IMG/VR virus record: IMGVR_UViG_3300030095_004573
Span: 1 to 26,514 of that record
Length of the DNA: 26,514 bases
From: a virus
Lineage: Duplodnaviria > Caudoviricetes
Reading direction: 5' to 3' (one strand)
Positions 16,547 through 25,861 of this stretch are shown piece by piece. The stretch's first letter is position 1. Each line of letters opens with the position of its first letter. The translations under genes were made by a program, and so were the position numbers. The notes under the pieces are model-generated. The model did no database searches. It saw only the letters and a list, made by a program, of their open reading frames with translations, and was not told the origin of the DNA.

Positions 16547-17008
16547 ATGTCAGGTTTTTATTCAGGTCAAGATGGCCAGCTTTATGTTAATGACAATAAA
16601 GTGGCAAAAGTTCGTTCTTGGTCGTTAACTGTTAATCAAGCAATTCTAGAAACTGTTTCTCTAGAAGATACTGATAGAACGCTATTACCTGGCCTAAGGA
16701 GCGTCAGCGGTGGATGTAGTCTTTATTATTATCAAGAAACTGCTGGCAATGGAACCCCTACGGGAGGTATTACCACATTATTAAGCAATATGATTACAGC
16801 TAATTCTGGGAGTGGAGGAGAACAAGGAGGAGGAACAAATTCAACAGTGAAATTTAAATTAAAAGTTGATGATGGTACAACAAATGGAAGGTATGCAGAA
16901 TTTTATGCTTATTTGACAAGTCTTTCCATGACAAGTGCAACAGGTGAAGTATTAGCTGCTGATGTAAGTTTTGAAGTTCATGGAGCTGTAACAGGTCTTG
17001 CTCTATAG
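16547..17008 (+). CDS. Tail tube-like protein (paralogue 2, no insertion)
   Basis: SGQDGQLYV...VAKVRSWSLTVNQAILETVSL...GLRSVSGG aligns by eye with the 7277 protein. Confidence 0.75.
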   Translation: MSGFYSGQDGQLYVNDNKVAKVRSWSLTVNQAILETVSLEDTDRTLLPGLRSVSGGCSLYYYQETAGNGTPTGGITTLLSNMITANSGSGGEQGGGTNSTVKFKLKVDDGTTNGRYAEFYAYLTSLSMTSATGEVLAADVSFEVHGAVTGLAL

Positions 17009-17869
17009 ATGACTATTTATTTTGGGACTACTGGAATAGTCGAATTAAAAAGAAATTCAGGTAGGGCTTTTAGGACCGAGTTGGACCCTGCTGATGTTAA
17101 TACGACAAAAAAAAGATTCTCTGTTGATTTTGTTGATGGAGCAATTCTTACAGGAGACCAGATAAAAATAGAAACAGAAGATGGATCAAATCTAGAACTT
17201 GTTTCTGGTCATACACATCCAGACGGGCGTTGGTATGTTTATGTTGATGATGCTGGAGGAATGCGTTTATATAGCACTTTTTCGGCTTCTCTTAGTGGCA
17301 CAACTGGAGAGGCTTTGACATTAGTTGCTCCTTCATCTGCAAAAGCAATTAAAATCTCAACGAGTAATTCTAGGTATAGGAATCTTGCAAAAATCAAGGA
17401 ATTTGAGATTCAAACAGAAAGAGAAAATATTGATATCACACTTTTAGGAGATGAGTTCAGGAAAAGATATGACAGGGGGATGATTTCAGGTCAAGGCAGT
17501 CTTGATTGTATTTGGGAGCATAAAACTGATCCATGCAGTGATGGCGATACAATGCCAGAATTTCCAGTATACCTAGCTCAATTAGCCGTAAGGATTCAAC
17601 AGGGATCAGACTTTGATGCCCGATTCTATATCTACCATGAACCTAGTGCATCTCAGAATAGTGTCTGGTATGAATCAACTTGCCTAATTAATAATGTAGC
17701 TATTAATGTTCCAGCCGCTGGAGTCATAGAAGCAAAGGTTGATTTTATAACTTCTGGGTCAATAGTTTTAAAAACTGGATTGCCAGATGCTTATCTTCTT
17801 CAAGAGAATACCGATAGGATTCTTCAAGAAGATGGAACACCAATTCTATTAGAAGATCCAACCTCCTAG
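17009..17869 (+). CDS. Tail tube-like protein (paralogue 3, with inserted domain)
   Basis: LAKIKEFEIQTERENIDITLL...ISGQGSL aligns with the tube motif; C-terminal LLQExxxRILQE repeat. Confidence 0.72.
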   Translation: MTIYFGTTGIVELKRNSGRAFRTELDPADVNTTKKRFSVDFVDGAILTGDQIKIETEDGSNLELVSGHTHPDGRWYVYVDDAGGMRLYSTFSASLSGTTGEALTLVAPSSAKAIKISTSNSRYRNLAKIKEFEIQTERENIDITLLGDEFRKRYDRGMISGQGSLDCIWEHKTDPCSDGDTMPEFPVYLAQLAVRIQQGSDFDARFYIYHEPSASQNSVWYESTCLINNVAINVPAAGVIEAKVDFITSGSIVLKTGLPDAYLLQENTDRILQEDGTPILLEDPTS

Positions 17870-17939
17870 TATGTATATAGTTACGCTTCCTGAGGGATAC
17901 TGTCAGAATGGTCTTATCCGATGGGGCAATTAAAAACTA

Positions 17940-19988
17940 ATGGCTGATCTTCAAATTACGCAACTCCCAAGCATTGCTTCTGGATCTGTTGCAGCGACTG
18001 ACCCCCTGGCCCTGGCTGATGTCTCAGGAAGTCAAACAGTAAAAGTTACTGTTAAAGATTTAGTTGCCAGAGGTGTTGCAGTTATTGATGCTGGGACGAT
18101 TCCAGCAACTTCTTTAAGTTATCCATTAACGGCAAACTCGATTGTTACTGCCTCAATTCTGGATGCAAATGTAACCAATGCGAAGCTGGAAAATTCAAGC
18201 TTTAGTCTCGGTGGTCTGACAATTTCTTTAGGGAGTACAGATGCAACTCCAGCTCTTAACCTGACCGATGCAACAAATTATCCAACATCAAGCTTAACTG
18301 GAACAATAACAAATGCTCAATTAGCAGGATCAATTGATAATGCAAAACTATCAAATAGTTCTATAAGTTTAGCGGGTGTCACTATAGCTTTAGGCGGGAC
18401 TTATGCAACTCCAGCCCTAGATTTAACCTCAGCAACTAATTATCCTACATCTTCTTTAACAGGAACAATTAGCAATGCCCAATTAGCAGGTTCAATTGCA
18501 ACTTCTAAACTAGCAACCCCTGCTATTTCTTTGGGAACAGTCTCAATAAGCCCTGGTGGAACTGATGCAACTCCTGCATTTGATTTAACTGATGCAACAA
18601 ATTATCCTACTAGCTCGTTAACTGGGACCATTACAAATGCACAATTAGCGGGAAGTATTGCGGGTTCTAAGTTAATAAATGGAACAATAACTTCGACTCA
18701 ATTAGATACAAATAGCGTGACAAGTGTGGAGCTGGCTGATAATGCTTGTGATACTGCGGCCATTGAGAATTTGGCGGTCACTGATGGAAAAATTAATGAT
18801 GTATCAGGAACAAAAGTTGCTGCTGGAACATTACCAGCAACGGCCTTAAATACTGCGAATATTGATAGAGGATTAAACGTTAGTTCAAATAATATTGGTA
18901 TTTCTAATGCTGTTAGTGGCGGTGCCTCAAGTCGAAATGGAATAAGTTATACAAATCAGGGACTTATTAGTTCCACTTCTGCCCTCGTATCAAGCGATTT
19001 ACCTGAAGCTGAGGTTGCTGCAATTGGTGCTGTTTCTGTGCCAGCGGCAGGGGGCTTATCTGTTACAAATTTAGGGGCATTATCCATAAATAATAATATT
19101 ACTGCTGCAACAAGAAATGGGATCACATTTAATAATTTAGGCTTAATTACTTCTACTTCAGTATTACTTGCTTCCGATTTACCCCTAGCTAGTACCACAG
19201 CAATTGGAGGAATCAAAGTTCCAACAGCATCTGCACCTTTAGCAGTGGATGGAAATGGAGTTCTTTCTCTAACCGATTCAGGGGTAACTGCTGGGACTTA
19301 TGAAAAAGTAGTTGTTAATGCAAGTGGAATTATTACTTCTGGATCTGATTTAGCAGCGGTTGATATTCCTGTTTTAGATGCTAGTAAAATAACAACTGGA
19401 TCGCTTGCTACAGCTAGGATTGCTGATGATGCCATAACAATGGATAAGCTTGGCAGCAATGCTATTTCGTTTATTCAAGAAGCGCAGCCAGCAATTACTA
19501 ATTTACCTACTGGTGTTTATTGGTTACAAGAATCAACAGGGCAATTAAGAATATTTAACGGTAACAGTTGGTTCTCTGTTGGTTTTGGACGATTAGCAGA
19601 AGAAAACCTCAGATTCTGTGGAACTTTCAATGCAACTAATGGTCTTATTGTTAACTTAACCACCTTTGGAACTAGCGCAGGTTTTACAGCAGGAAATGCC
19701 ATTCCAGCAGGTACTGCAAGCCTTACAGGAACTTATTTTGTATGTACTACCCCAGGAAATGGAACTTCAGTTGTTAGTGGAACATCATTTGATGTTGGTG
19801 ATTGGGCCATGTGTATTGGTGCCACAGGTTGGCAAAGAGTAGATACATTATCTGGCCCTGGAAGTGTTTCAGCTTTAGATGATTTATCTGACGTGACTAT
19901 CGCTTCTCCTACTGCTGGGCAGTTCTTTGAATATGCATCTGATGGTCAATGGAAAAACGTTTCTGTAATTAGTGGCGGTACTTATTAG
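17940..19988 (+). CDS. Tail fibre protein (T/S/A/G-rich shaft)
   Basis: 682 aa with MADLQITQLP N-terminus, GVTAGTYEKVVVNASGIITSG and LDDLSDV fibre motifs, and internal repeats. Confidence 0.82.
   Translation: MADLQITQLPSIASGSVAATDPLALADVSGSQTVKVTVKDLVARGVAVIDAGTIPATSLSYPLTANSIVTASILDANVTNAKLENSSFSLGGLTISLGSTDATPALNLTDATNYPTSSLTGTITNAQLAGSIDNAKLSNSSISLAGVTIALGGTYATPALDLTSATNYPTSSLTGTISNAQLAGSIATSKLATPAISLGTVSISPGGTDATPAFDLTDATNYPTSSLTGTITNAQLAGSIAGSKLINGTITSTQLDTNSVTSVELADNACDTAAIENLAVTDGKINDVSGTKVAAGTLPATALNTANIDRGLNVSSNNIGISNAVSGGASSRNGISYTNQGLISSTSALVSSDLPEAEVAAIGAVSVPAAGGLSVTNLGALSINNNITAATRNGITFNNLGLITSTSVLLASDLPLASTTAIGGIKVPTASAPLAVDGNGVLSLTDSGVTAGTYEKVVVNASGIITSGSDLAAVDIPVLDASKITTGSLATARIADDAITMDKLGSNAISFIQEAQPAITNLPTGVYWLQESTGQLRIFNGNSWFSVGFGRLAEENLRFCGTFNATNGLIVNLTTFGTSAGFTAGNAIPAGTASLTGTYFVCTTPGNGTSVVSGTSFDVGDWAMCIGATGWQRVDTLSGPGSVSALDDLSDVTIASPTAGQFFEYASDGQWKNVSVISGGTY
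18195..18680 (+). repeat. Three 54-aa (162-nt) coding repeats
   Basis: ATPAxxLTxATNYPTSSLTGTIxNAQLAGSI occurs three times. Confidence 0.9.
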
Positions 19989-20063
19989 ATAAGAAGCTAA
20001 GATAAAACCATCCTGAATAGGATTACTCCTCCTTAAGAGTATTGCTTGTATAAGCTTTGAACT

Positions 20064-23000
20064 ATGGCCATCAAAATCAAATTAAAAAACAGCGTTACAC
20101 AAAACGCTGTACCAACTGGGACACATCTCCCAGAAGTTGGTGAACTAGCAGTAAACGCAAATATCAACAGTATTGGCGGCTATATGCGAGCCAGTGATAA
20201 CAGCATTATAAAAATATTCGGTCCAGGTTCAGTTTCAACTCCAGCAGCATCAACAACAGTTTCTGGAATTTCAGAATTAGCAACATCAGCAGAGACAACT
20301 ACAGGAACAGACACGGCAAGAGTTTGTACTCCAGCAGGTGTTAAAGCTGTTACTGATGCAGAAAGAACAACATCAAATAGTACCTATTTAGCTCTTTCAG
20401 GCGGCACTTTAGTTGGAGTTTTACAAGCGACTGCTGGAAGTAATTCGGCTCCATCAATTCATTTTGGTGATTCAGATTCAGGGATTTATGGCGGTACAAA
20501 TACAGTTTCTTTAACTGCTGGAGGTACGGACAGGTTAAAAGCAGATGCAAACGGAATAGGTATTGGAACCAATGGTACATCTGGGTTCCCCTTATCTATT
20601 CTTTCAGCAGGATCAACAGGGAACGCCATTGCTCTAGTTGGTGATGTTACAAACGAAGAAAGTAAAATATTTTTCAGAAATAATGCTAATGATGCTAATA
20701 AAGCTTGGATTAAAAATGATGGCGTTGAATTAGATCTTGTTGCAGGTTTTGGAGGAGCTTTAAGCTTTCAAATTAATAGTAGTGAAAAAGCAAGAGTAGA
20801 TAGTTCAGGTCGGTTGCTTGTTGGTACGTCTAGTTCAAGAAATACTGGAGGATCAACAGGCTCGATTCAAGTAGAAGGAACTTCTTATAGTACTTCAAGT
20901 TTTTCTTTAACTAGAAATTCTAACGATAGTGGTAATGCCTTTTTTGTACTAGGAAAGGCAAGAGGAGCAACTGTAGGTTCTAATACAATTGTTTTAGACG
21001 ACGATAATTTAGGAGCAATCAGGTTTGCAGGTTCAGATGGAACAGACTTAAATAGTATTGCTGCTCAGATACAAGCTCAAGTAGACGGAACACCCGGTAC
21101 TAATGACATGCCGGGGCGTTTGGTGTTTGGTACGACAGCAGATGGAGCATCATCACCTACAACACGACTAACAATTGATAGTGCAGGTAAGGCTACTTTT
21201 ACTGTTGATGCAAGTATAAATTCAATCAGTATTGGTAAAGGTGCAAACTCTGTTGCTAATAATACTGTTCTTGGAGAAAGTGCTTTAGATGCTGCTGTTA
21301 CTGGTGGAAATAATACTGCTCTTGGATATCAGGCTTTAACTACAAACACATCAGGAGCTAGTAATACTGCTGTAGGAAAAAGTTCTTTAGCATCAAATAC
21401 TACAGCTGGAAATAATACAGCAGTAGGAGCAGATTCTTTAAGTGTTAATTCAACAGGAGCTAGTAATACTGCTGTTGGTAGTGGTTCACTAAATGTTAAT
21501 ACAACAGGTCAATATAATACGGCGGTTGGTGCTAATGCCTTAGACGCTAATACGACTGCTAGTTACAACACTTCTATAGGTTATGCGGCTGCCACAGCAA
21601 ATACAACAGGCTCTTTAAATACTGGTTTAGGTGCTCAAACCCTGTATGCAAATACTACGGGTGGAAGTAATACGGCTGTTGGTGTAAACGCCCTGATGGA
21701 TAACACAACAGGATCAAATAATTCTTCTCTTGGATATGCAGCTTTAGGCGATAATACTACTGCTGATAATAATACTGCTGTTGGTTATCAGGCATTAGCT
21801 GTAAGCACAACTGGAGGTCAGAATACTGCTGTTGGTCGTAATGCCTTAGTTGCAAACACAACTGCTAGTAATAACACTGCTGTCGGTGCTTATTCTTTAG
21901 ATGCAAATACAACAGGTATTGGAAACAGTTCACTAGGTACCTCTTCATTATCATCAAATACAACAGGAGAAGCAAACACAGCCATTGGTAAAGATGCTTT
22001 AACAGCAAACACAACTGCTAGTAATAACACTGCTGTCGGGAAGGATTGTTTAAATGCAAATACAACTGGAGCTAACAACACTGCCGTAGGTACTGAAGCA
22101 TTAACTACAAACTCAACTGGTGCTAATAATTGTGCTATCGGAGTAAGTGCTTTATCTGCAAATACAACTGGAGCTGAAAATACTGGAATTGGTAAATCAG
22201 TATTACTTAATAATACTACTGGTGGTGAAAATACTGCTGTAGGTTATGCTGCATTAGTTACTAATACAACAGGAACAGGTAACGCAGCGGTTGGTTTTAA
22301 CTCTCTTTATACTAATACAGGAAGCAATAACACGGCATGTGGTCATTCTGCAGTACAACTTAATTCAACAGGAACAGGTATTACAGGAATAGGTAAGAGT
22401 GCTTTATTTAATAATTCAACAGGAGATAGTAATACAGCCGTGGGTTATGCCGCAGCAGCCGCTAACACAACTGGAACTAACAACACAGGCATAGGTTCGC
22501 AATCGTTATATTCAAACACAACTGCTAGTCATAATACTGCGGTTGGTATGAACTCCTTAGTGACAAACACAACTGGAGCAAGTAATACTGCTGTGGGTAT
22601 GCAAGCACTAAATTCAAATACAACAGGAGGTTACAACGTAGGTATAGGTAAGAATGCTTTATTATCAAACACAACAAGTAATTATAACGTAGGTATAGGT
22701 GCTAATGCTTTATCTAATAATACTGCGTCAGAAAATACGGCTATTGGATATAATGCAGGAAAAGAGATAACAAGTGGTACTCGTAATACAGTCCTTGGAT
22801 ATGCTGCCTTGGATGCAGCTACGACAGGTAATGATAACGTTGCCATTGGACAGGCTGCACTAAGTAATGCCACTACCGCATCTAATAATACTGCTGTTGG
22901 TAGATTAGCTTTAAATGCAAATACAACAGCATCACAAAATACTGCTATAGGAGTTCAATCTTTAACTAATAACACAACAGGTAATTATAACACTGCTCTT

Positions 23001-24626
23001 GGTTATCAAACATTAGATGCAAACACTACAGGAGAAAGAAACGTAGGTGTAGGCAATCATGCTTTAGGTGGAAATACTACTGGTGAAAAGAATGTAGCTA
23101 TTGGTATGGATAGTTTAAAAGCAAACACAACAGGTGCTAATAACACTGCTGTTGGTGTTAGTGCATTAGATGGTCTTACAACAGGAACTAATAACGTTGC
23201 TATAGGACATGATACTTTAACTGCTTCAGGAGCCGGGTCCATTTCATATTGTACAGCAGTAGGTGATTATGCATTAGCAAATAATACAGCAACATATATG
23301 ACTGCTTTTGGTGCTCAAGCATTAGGAGATAATACAACAGGAACGCAAAGCACTGGTCTTGGATTTAGAGCTTTAAGATTCAATACGACAGGTACTAGTA
23401 ATACTGCTGTTGGTTATGATGTATTATATGCAAATACAACGGGAAGTTATAATACTGCTCTTGGTACTAATGCATTAGATGAAAACACGACAGGTGCTAA
23501 TAACACTGCTGTAGGTTATGTAGCACTGACACAAAGCACTACAGGTGCTAGTAACTCTGGTATTGGTTCTTATGCTTTATATGCAAACACTACAGGATCA
23601 AATAATACTGCTCTTGGTCAAGGTGCATTACAAAGTAATACAACTGCATCAAATAATATTGCTGTTGGTAAAGATGCACTAGTTTTAAACACAACTGGAG
23701 CAGCTAATGCAGCCGTAGGTGCAAATGCTTTAGATGCAAATACAACAGGAGCTTCTAACGTAGCTGTTGGTGTAGGTGCATTAGGTGAAAATACAACTGC
23801 GAATGATAACACTGCTGTTGGTTTTCAAGCATTGAATGCAAACACAACTGGAAATAATAACACTGCGTTTGGTAGAAATGCACTAGTTTTAAACACAACA
23901 GGAATAAATAACGTTGCTGTTGGTTATCAAACATTAAAAGCAAATACAACTGGAACTTATAATACTGCTATTGGTTGGGATGCATTAAAAACAAATACAA
24001 CTGGAGGTACTAACACTGCTGTTGGTTATAGAGCAGGTGATGATTGTACTGGAGGCAACAATACTTTCTTAGGGGTTCATGCTGGAGATGCATATTCAAC
24101 TGGAAATCAAAGTACTTTCCTTGGTTATTATGCAGGAGTTGGTAATTTAAGTGCAACTGATAATTTTCAACTTTATATTGCAAGAAATGATTCAGGTGCT
24201 GGTGCTGCAGCAACTTGGATTCGTGGAGATTCAGCTGGTGCTTGTTTCCAAGGTAATAATAGTTCTTCTTGGTCAACAACTTCTGATAGAAGAATTAAGA
24301 AGAATATTGTTGATAGTACTCAAGGATTAGAAATAGTTAATAAAATAAGAGTTAGAAACTTTGAGTATAGAAAACCAGAAGAAATTGATTTAAGTGAATT
24401 CCCATTAGTAACTGCTGATGGACGTAATGCCACATGTTTAGCTCAATCTCCTACTGGAACACAAATAGGAGTTATTGCACAAGAGTATGAAGAGGTTCTT
24501 CCTAATAGTGTTATTGTTGATCAATCTAAAGGAAACAAAGAGGTTGATACTGATTCACTCATTTGGCATCTTGTAAATTCAGTGCAAGAACTATCCGCAA
24601 AAGTCACTGCCCTCGAAGCAGGGTAG
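20064..24626 (+). CDS. Long tail fibre/receptor-binding protein with beta-solenoid repeats and C-terminal S74 intramolecular chaperone
   Basis: 1520 aa; GELAVN N-terminus, long NTAVGxxAL repeat array, SDRRIKKNI autocleavage motif, IGVIAQE, terminal coiled coil. Confidence 0.92.
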   Translation: MAIKIKLKNSVTQNAVPTGTHLPEVGELAVNANINSIGGYMRASDNSIIKIFGPGSVSTPAASTTVSGISELATSAETTTGTDTARVCTPAGVKAVTDAERTTSNSTYLALSGGTLVGVLQATAGSNSAPSIHFGDSDSGIYGGTNTVSLTAGGTDRLKADANGIGIGTNGTSGFPLSILSAGSTGNAIALVGDVTNEESKIFFRNNANDANKAWIKNDGVELDLVAGFGGALSFQINSSEKARVDSSGRLLVGTSSSRNTGGSTGSIQVEGTSYSTSSFSLTRNSNDSGNAFFVLGKARGATVGSNTIVLDDDNLGAIRFAGSDGTDLNSIAAQIQAQVDGTPGTNDMPGRLVFGTTADGASSPTTRLTIDSAGKATFTVDASINSISIGKGANSVANNTVLGESALDAAVTGGNNTALGYQALTTNTSGASNTAVGKSSLASNTTAGNNTAVGADSLSVNSTGASNTAVGSGSLNVNTTGQYNTAVGANALDANTTASYNTSIGYAAATANTTGSLNTGLGAQTLYANTTGGSNTAVGVNALMDNTTGSNNSSLGYAALGDNTTADNNTAVGYQALAVSTTGGQNTAVGRNALVANTTASNNTAVGAYSLDANTTGIGNSSLGTSSLSSNTTGEANTAIGKDALTANTTASNNTAVGKDCLNANTTGANNTAVGTEALTTNSTGANNCAIGVSALSANTTGAENTGIGKSVLLNNTTGGENTAVGYAALVTNTTGTGNAAVGFNSLYTNTGSNNTACGHSAVQLNSTGTGITGIGKSALFNNSTGDSNTAVGYAAAAANTTGTNNTGIGSQSLYSNTTASHNTAVGMNSLVTNTTGASNTAVGMQALNSNTTGGYNVGIGKNALLSNTTSNYNVGIGANALSNNTASENTAIGYNAGKEITSGTRNTVLGYAALDAATTGNDNVAIGQAALSNATTASNNTAVGRLALNANTTASQNTAIGVQSLTNNTTGNYNTALGYQTLDANTTGERNVGVGNHALGGNTTGEKNVAIGMDSLKANTTGANNTAVGVSALDGLTTGTNNVAIGHDTLTASGAGSISYCTAVGDYALANNTATYMTAFGAQALGDNTTGTQSTGLGFRALRFNTTGTSNTAVGYDVLYANTTGSYNTALGTNALDENTTGANNTAVGYVALTQSTTGASNSGIGSYALYANTTGSNNTALGQGALQSNTTASNNIAVGKDALVLNTTGAANAAVGANALDANTTGASNVAVGVGALGENTTANDNTAVGFQALNANTTGNNNTAFGRNALVLNTTGINNVAVGYQTLKANTTGTYNTAIGWDALKTNTTGGTNTAVGYRAGDDCTGGNNTFLGVHAGDAYSTGNQSTFLGYYAGVGNLSATDNFQLYIARNDSGAGAAATWIRGDSAGACFQGNNSSSWSTTSDRRIKKNIVDSTQGLEIVNKIRVRNFEYRKPEEIDLSEFPLVTADGRNATCLAQSPTGTQIGVIAQEYEEVLPNSVIVDQSKGNKEVDTDSLIWHLVNSVQELSAKVTALEAG
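21258..24146 (+). repeat. About 57 tandem 17-aa (51-nt) repeats, consensus xNTAVGxxALxxNTTGx
   Basis: Counted by hand from the translation; a few units are 16 or 19 aa. Confidence 0.92.
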
Positions 24627-24651
24627 CCTTTAACCATTCACTTTTATTCTC

Positions 24652-24900
24652 ATGGAAGAAAAAACAGCCGATGAAGTAGCAGCAATTTTTACTGCTGCTG
24701 GAGATAGCGTTACTGTTATCGACACTGCTAAAACATCTGACGAATCTGATGCAGATTTTAAAGCCAAGATTCAAAGGAACGTAGATCACCTTGAAATAAT
24801 CAAGGCTTATAAAAAGACAGATGGAACAACTTCTATCTGGGGTTCTGAAAGTTTTACCGCTATTGATGCGGCTATCACCAAAGGCAAAGGTCTTGTTTAA
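24652..24900 (+). CDS. Small fibre-associated hypothetical protein
   Basis: 82-aa ORF directly after the fibre gene, with phage-like codon usage. Confidence 0.75.
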   Translation: MEEKTADEVAAIFTAAGDSVTVIDTAKTSDESDADFKAKIQRNVDHLEIIKAYKKTDGTTSIWGSESFTAIDAAITKGKGLV

Positions 24901-24930
24901 AACTAAACTTTAATTATTGAGATTATTCTT

Positions 24931-25170
24931 ATGTCACTTATCGAACGCAGAGACGAACGTAAAGCAGAAGCAGAAGCTTTAGCTAATAAGTTCAACGCTG
25001 AAACTGAAGAGATCAACAAGTTAAAGCAAGAAGTTCAAAAAAGGGAAAATGACAATGCACAAGTGTATGCTGATTTTCAGCTAAAAAATGCACAATACGC
25101 AGAGTTAGAAGGAATGGTTAAAGAAGAAGAAGGCGTTACGATTGACACTGAAGTTACTACTGAGGAGTAA
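24931..25170 (+). CDS. Coiled-coil hypothetical protein
   Basis: 79 aa, E/K-rich heptads; TAATG coupling to the next gene. Confidence 0.75.
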   Translation: MSLIERRDERKAEAEALANKFNAETEEINKLKQEVQKRENDNAQVYADFQLKNAQYAELEGMVKEEEGVTIDTEVTTEE

Positions 25171-25472
25171 TGGCAACTACAACTTGGGGTCTAGCTAATA
25201 CAGACTATGACCTCGATGATGGGTTTGTTCATACAGCCCATTACACAGTGACTAGATTTGATGGATCGTATTCTGCTTCTAGCTATGGCAGTTGCAGTTT
25301 GACTAAACCTGATACTTTGACAACAAGAACTGATTTAACAACAGCAGATATTATTGCTGACGTTAAAACTGTGCTTGGTACGGATGCTGTTACAGCAGTA
25401 GAAAATAGTTTACAACTTCAAATTTCAGAAGAAAAGACCCCAACTCAAGGCAGCTTTATCCCTGCCTCTTGA
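25170..25472 (+). CDS. Fibre-associated hypothetical protein (possible fibre chaperone)
   Basis: 100 aa with GAGGAG RBS; last gene of the tail block. Function is inferred from position. Confidence 0.75.
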   Translation: MATTTWGLANTDYDLDDGFVHTAHYTVTRFDGSYSASSYGSCSLTKPDTLTTRTDLTTADIIADVKTVLGTDAVTAVENSLQLQISEEKTPTQGSFIPAS

Positions 25473-25489
25473 GTTTTGATAAAAGCTAA

Positions 25490-25861
25490 TTAAGCAGCAA
25501 AGGCTTTTAACTTGCAAGCATATTTTGAATCTCCTGAATATTTAGGATCTATTGACTGAACTCTCCATCTTTTACTGTCATAAGAAATATAATCATTAGT
25601 CGTTGGATAAATATCTCCTATCCCTTGAAGATCAATCCATACATCAATGCTTTCATTACCTCCTAGCTCTCCAGTCTCTTCATTGTTAGATGATTTAATT
25701 AAAGCTCCAGCTCCTGTATAAGTTGTCTCTGAATCAGTGGTTAATCCTGTTGTTGTGTTGTAGGTAGTAGCAACCCTTATATAAGAAAGGCTTGGAACCC
25801 TAAAGGCATCTACTAATGATTTAGCAAGAGGTCTTGCCCAAATATCTTGTGGAGCTGCCAT
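25490..25861 (-). CDS. Head closure/stopper protein
   Basis: 123-aa beta-rich protein, YNTTTG...PTTNDYISYDSKRWRVQSIDP pattern; follows the adaptor gene. Confidence 0.75.
   Translation of the reverse strand: MAAPQDIWARPLAKSLVDAFRVPSLSYIRVATTYNTTTGLTTDSETTYTGAGALIKSSNNEETGELGGNESIDVWIDLQGIGDIYPTTNDYISYDSKRWRVQSIDPKYSGDSKYACKLKAFAA

Noticed and set aside
7494-16590. Short alternative-frame or antisense ORFs in the tail module (7494, 8279, 8752, 8834, 9602, 12098, 12475, 13280, 14188, 16393)
   Set aside because: They overlap well-supported genes and have non-protein-like composition.
21258-24146. CRISPR array or DGR template/variable repeat pair
   Set aside because: Repeats are in-frame codon-degenerate protein repeats with no spacers; no adenine-specific mismatch pair seen and no reverse transcriptase or cas gene in the window.
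18956-24789. Minus-strand ORFs inside the fibre genes
   Set aside because: Antisense shadows of repetitive Thr/Ala/Gly/Asn codons; no independent signals.
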